Part shown: piece after piece, positions 61,335 to 64,000 of the stretch
How positions within the stretch are numbered: the stretch's first letter is position 1
How the letters are laid out: the number at the start of each line of letters is the position of its first letter
From: Candidatus Staskawiczbacteria bacterium
GTDB taxonomy: Bacteria; Patescibacteriota; Minisyncoccia; Minisyncoccales; Staskawiczbacteraceae
Assembly (NCBI GenBank): GCA_016196125.1
Contig: JACPYG010000015.1
Span: 22,966-86,965 of the forward strand
DNA: 64,000 bases
Direction: 5' to 3'
The notes under the pieces: model-generated
Seen by the model: only the letters and a program-made list of their open reading frames with translations
Databases searched by the model: none
Told to the model about the DNA's origin: nothing
Translations under genes and position numbers: made by a program

Positions 61335-63575
61335 CTAAGGCAACAAACCTATGGTCTTTTTTTTAAGTAAAAGAGAATTTAATACAACCGAAATTGAACT
61401 GGTTGCCATTGCCATTGAGGCAAAAATCGGATTTAAAAGTATTCCGAAGAATGGGTATAGCACCCCCATTGCAACCGGAATTAAAATGATATTGTATCCA
61501 AAAGCCCAAAAAAGATTCTGTTTAATGGTTTTCATGGTTTTTTTAGACAGCACAATTGCAGTTGCTACCGATTTTAAATCTTTGTTGATTAAAGTTATAT
61601 CGGCAGACTCAATCGCCACATCCGTTCCGCTTCCCATGGCAATGCCAACATCGGCAGCTGCAAGAGCCGGAGCATCGTTAATGCCGTCTCCCACCATTGC
61701 AACCACTTTTCCTTCTGCCTGTATTTTTCTGACTTCGGCTTCCTTTTGATCCGGTAATACTTCTGCTAAAATTCTTTTAATGCCCAAGCTATTTCCTATA
61801 GCGCTTGCGGTTCTTTGGTTATCGCCGGTAATCATTACTATTTCTATGCCAAGGCTTTGCAATGCTAAAAGCCCCTCTTTTGCGCTTTCCTTAATAATGT
61901 CGGCAACCGCAATTAGCCCGGCGAGTTTTCCTTGGGCGGCAAGCATCATTACCGTTTTTCCATTAATTTCCATTTCGCTGATTTTATCGCTGGCAGAAAC
62001 AATGGCAATATTTTCTTTATCCATTAGCCGCTTATTGCCAAAAATAATCCTTTTGCCGTCAACAGTACCCTCAACTCCATGGCCGGGAATGGCTCGGAAT
62101 TTTTCAACTTTGAATAAAGCAAGATTTTTTGCTTCTGCCGATTTGACAATCGCTTCAGCTAAAGAATGCTCTGAACCTTTTTCAATTGACCCTGCCAATA
62201 TCAATAATTCATCTTTATTTGCTGAATTAACCGGAATAATGTCTGTCACTTCTGGCTGGCCCTTGGTAAGAGTGCCTGTTTTATCGAAAATAATAGTATT
62301 AATCTTGTGGGCGGTTTCTAAACTTTCCGCATCTTTAATTAAAATACCGTGTTCTGCCCCCTTGCCAGTTCCTACCATGATTGCCGTTGGAGTTGCCAGG
62401 CCCATAGCGCATGGGCAGGCGATAATTAACACCGCAATCATATTAAGCAATGCAAATGTTATTGCGGGAGGGTTGCCAAAGATATACCAAACCACAAATG
62501 TTGCGATGGCAAGCATCAACACTGCAGGCACAAAATAAGAAGAAACTAAATCTGCCAAGCGCTGAATGGGAGCCTTGCTTCCCTGGGCCTCCTGCACTAA
62601 TTTAATAATTTGGGCCAACATTGTTTCTTGCCCTATTTTTGTGGCTTTAAATGTAAATGTTCCGGTTTTATTCATAGTTGCGCCAATCACATTGGCTCCT
62701 TTGGATTTATCAACCGGAATGCTTTCTCCCGTAACCATAGATTCATCAATTGAAGATTCACCCTCAATAATAATTCCATCAACCGGGATTTTTTCCCCGG
62801 GCCTTACGCGGATAACATCTCCTATTTGCACCTGATCAATGGCAATATCATGTTCCTTTCCATCTTTTATTATTCTGGCAGTTTTGGCCTGCATCCCAAC
62901 AAGTTTTTTAATCGCTTCCGAAGTTCCTGCTTTTGCTTTTGCCTCAAAATATCTTCCCAAAAGTATGAGGCCAATAATAATAGTGGACACATCAAAGTAA
63001 GGGGCGGCTTCAATGCCAATGTTTTTAATCATATTTGGAAATAACGCAACGAAAGCGGAATAGCCATAAGCCACGGTAGTGCCTATGACTACAAGCGTGT
63101 CCATATTTGCCGTCCTGTGCCTTAATGCCAATATAGTTGCCCGATAAAATCCCCATCCTGCCCAAAATTGCACTGGTGTGGCTAAAAGCAATTGAATAAA
63201 GAAATTTTGGAGAATCTCCGGAGAAGTATCCATTAGTACGGGAAAACTGCCCCATAAAATAAGTCCTCCTAAAAATAAACTCACCATGACTCTTGCTTTT
63301 AAATCATGCAATTCTTTTTGTTTTTCTGCTTTTTCATCAGCTTCGTGCCTCTCTTCGCCGCTAATTAGAGCTTTATATCCCACATTTGATACCGCTCCCT
63401 CAAGATGCTGATCGGTAACTTTTTCTGAATCATACAATACCGTAGCTTTTTCGGTAGCCAAATTAACAGTCGCCTTTTTTACGCCATCTATTTTATTAAG
63501 AGAGTTTTCCAGCAATGTTACGCACGAGGCGCAATGCATTCCCTTAATTGGAAATGTTTTTTTAGTTTCTGTCAT
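61335..63575 (-). CDS. copA: Copper-translocating P1B-type ATPase
   Basis: HMA domain [11 protein letters not shown] motif [26 protein letters not shown]. Confidence 0.95.
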   Translation of the reverse strand: MTETKKTFPIKGMHCASCVTLLENSLNKIDGVKKATVNLATEKATVLYDSEKVTDQHLEGAVSNVGYKALISGEERHEADEKAEKQKELHDLKARVMVSLFLGGLILWGSFPVLMDTSPEILQNFFIQLLLATPVQFWAGWGFYRATILALRHRTANMDTLVVIGTTVAYGYSAFVALFPNMIKNIGIEAAPYFDVSTIIIGLILLGRYFEAKAKAGTSEAIKKLVGMQAKTARIIKDGKEHDIAIDQVQIGDVIRVRPGEKIPVDGIIIEGESSIDESMVTGESIPVDKSKGANVIGATMNKTGTFTFKATKIGQETMLAQIIKLVQEAQGSKAPIQRLADLVSSYFVPAVLMLAIATFVVWYIFGNPPAITFALLNMIAVLIIACPCAMGLATPTAIMVGTGKGAEHGILIKDAESLETAHKINTIIFDKTGTLTKGQPEVTDIIPVNSANKDELLILAGSIEKGSEHSLAEAIVKSAEAKNLALFKVEKFRAIPGHGVEGTVDGKRIIFGNKRLMDKENIAIVSASDKISEMEINGKTVMMLAAQGKLAGLIAVADIIKESAKEGLLALQSLGIEIVMITGDNQRTASAIGNSLGIKRILAEVLPDQKEAEVRKIQAEGKVVAMVGDGINDAPALAAADVGIAMGSGTDVAIESADITLINKDLKSVATAIVLSKKTMKTIKQNLFWAFGYNIILIPVAMGVLYPFFGILLNPIFASMAMATSSISVVLNSLLLKKKTIGLLP

Positions 63576-63583
63576 AATATTTC

Positions 63584-63937
63584 TTATTTAACTATTATTT
63601 TTCCATGAAACATATTCATGGCGCATGAGTAGCCAAACTCGCCGCTTTGCTGCGGAGTCAATTCAATAGTTACTTTTTGGTTAAGCGGCAGGTATTTGCG
63701 GATTTTAAAATCGCCCAGCACCACTTCTTCCAAACAACTATTTGAATCTTGACGTATGAAATTAATTTTAGTGGTTTTTCCTTTTGGGATAGATATTACC
63801 TCTGGAGAATAACCGCCTTTTACAATAATGTCTATTTGACCTGAAACCGCAACTTCTTTTTCTTTTTTTATAAAGAAAAACCAATAAGTAAAAGCAATTG
63901 CGGCAAAACCTATTACGGTAATAATTATTTTGTCCAT
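63584..63937 (-). CDS. Membrane-anchored cupredoxin-like protein
   Basis: N-terminal TM plus C-terminal [14 protein letters not shown] (Cys/His/Met ligand pattern), upstream of copA. Confidence 0.6.
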   Translation of the reverse strand: MDKIIITVIGFAAIAFTYWFFFIKKEKEVAVSGQIDIIVKGGYSPEVISIPKGKTTKINFIRQDSNSCLEEVVLGDFKIRKYLPLNQKVTIELTPQQSGEFGYSCAMNMFHGKIIVK

Positions 63938-64000
63938 ATATTTGAATTTCTATTTAATTTTGACGCCATCATAAAAATTATAATGAGCAAAAAGACGGTA

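Overview
This window is visibly AT-rich, gene-dense and almost entirely transcribed from the minus strand. It reads like a core chromosomal region of a small-genome Patescibacteria/CPR-type bacterium. That is an inference from four things: L30 is missing between rpsE and rplO, many housekeeping proteins carry Lys-rich tails, a DUF5679 gene is present, and AlaRS, ProRS and RpoA are minimal. Gene content in coordinate order: galU (partial), ftsZ, pyrF plus a pyrE-like gene, a DUF167 gene, an S51-peptidase fusion, a tRNA-Ile locus, a ZnuABC-like metal transporter, an HD hydrolase, a dienelactone hydrolase, tRNA-Gln, ftsX-ftsE-prfB (with the canonical +1 frameshift), tRNA-Thr, a deoxyribosyltransferase-MazG fusion, tRNA-Gly, a ftsB-like gene, gatA-gatC, two mreB paralogues, proS, rseP, frr, holB and murA. 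A complete str/S10/spc/alpha ribosomal-protein cluster follows at 28987-54657, from rpsL down to rpsI, with tpiA, a DUF458 gene, alaS and a hypothetical gene inserted between map and infA. The window ends with an M50 protease, rpmB, yraN, comM, dprA, an adenylate-kinase-like gene, a DUF5679 gene, a GNAT gene, copA and a cupredoxin gene. I found no CRISPR array, transposase, integrase, reverse transcriptase or recognisable defence gene. The unusual signal is not a gene. Several families of short GC-rich palindromic or hairpin elements are scattered through this AT-rich sequence. Some sit in frame inside essential genes: the same DNA encodes (L/M)PAGRQ in ftsZ, holB, tpiA and rplB, GEPRP..GR in alaS and rplR, and AKA in gatC and rpsC. 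Others fill intergenic spacers of the ribosomal operon as long hairpins with a conserved centre and arms that differ between copies yet stay complementary. One element family occurs both with and without a nested 20-bp palindrome, which suggests the small palindromes insert as units. Other oddities: a tRNA-Ile gene flanked by its own exact 5' and 3' halves, split at anticodon position 34/35; tRNAs embedded in long leader-trailer helices; short insertions that duplicate the 3' ends of rplB and rpsI; and a structured, ORF-free GC-rich RNA candidate of about 175 nt. Everything here comes from reading the sequence by eye. No folding, statistics or database searches were run.
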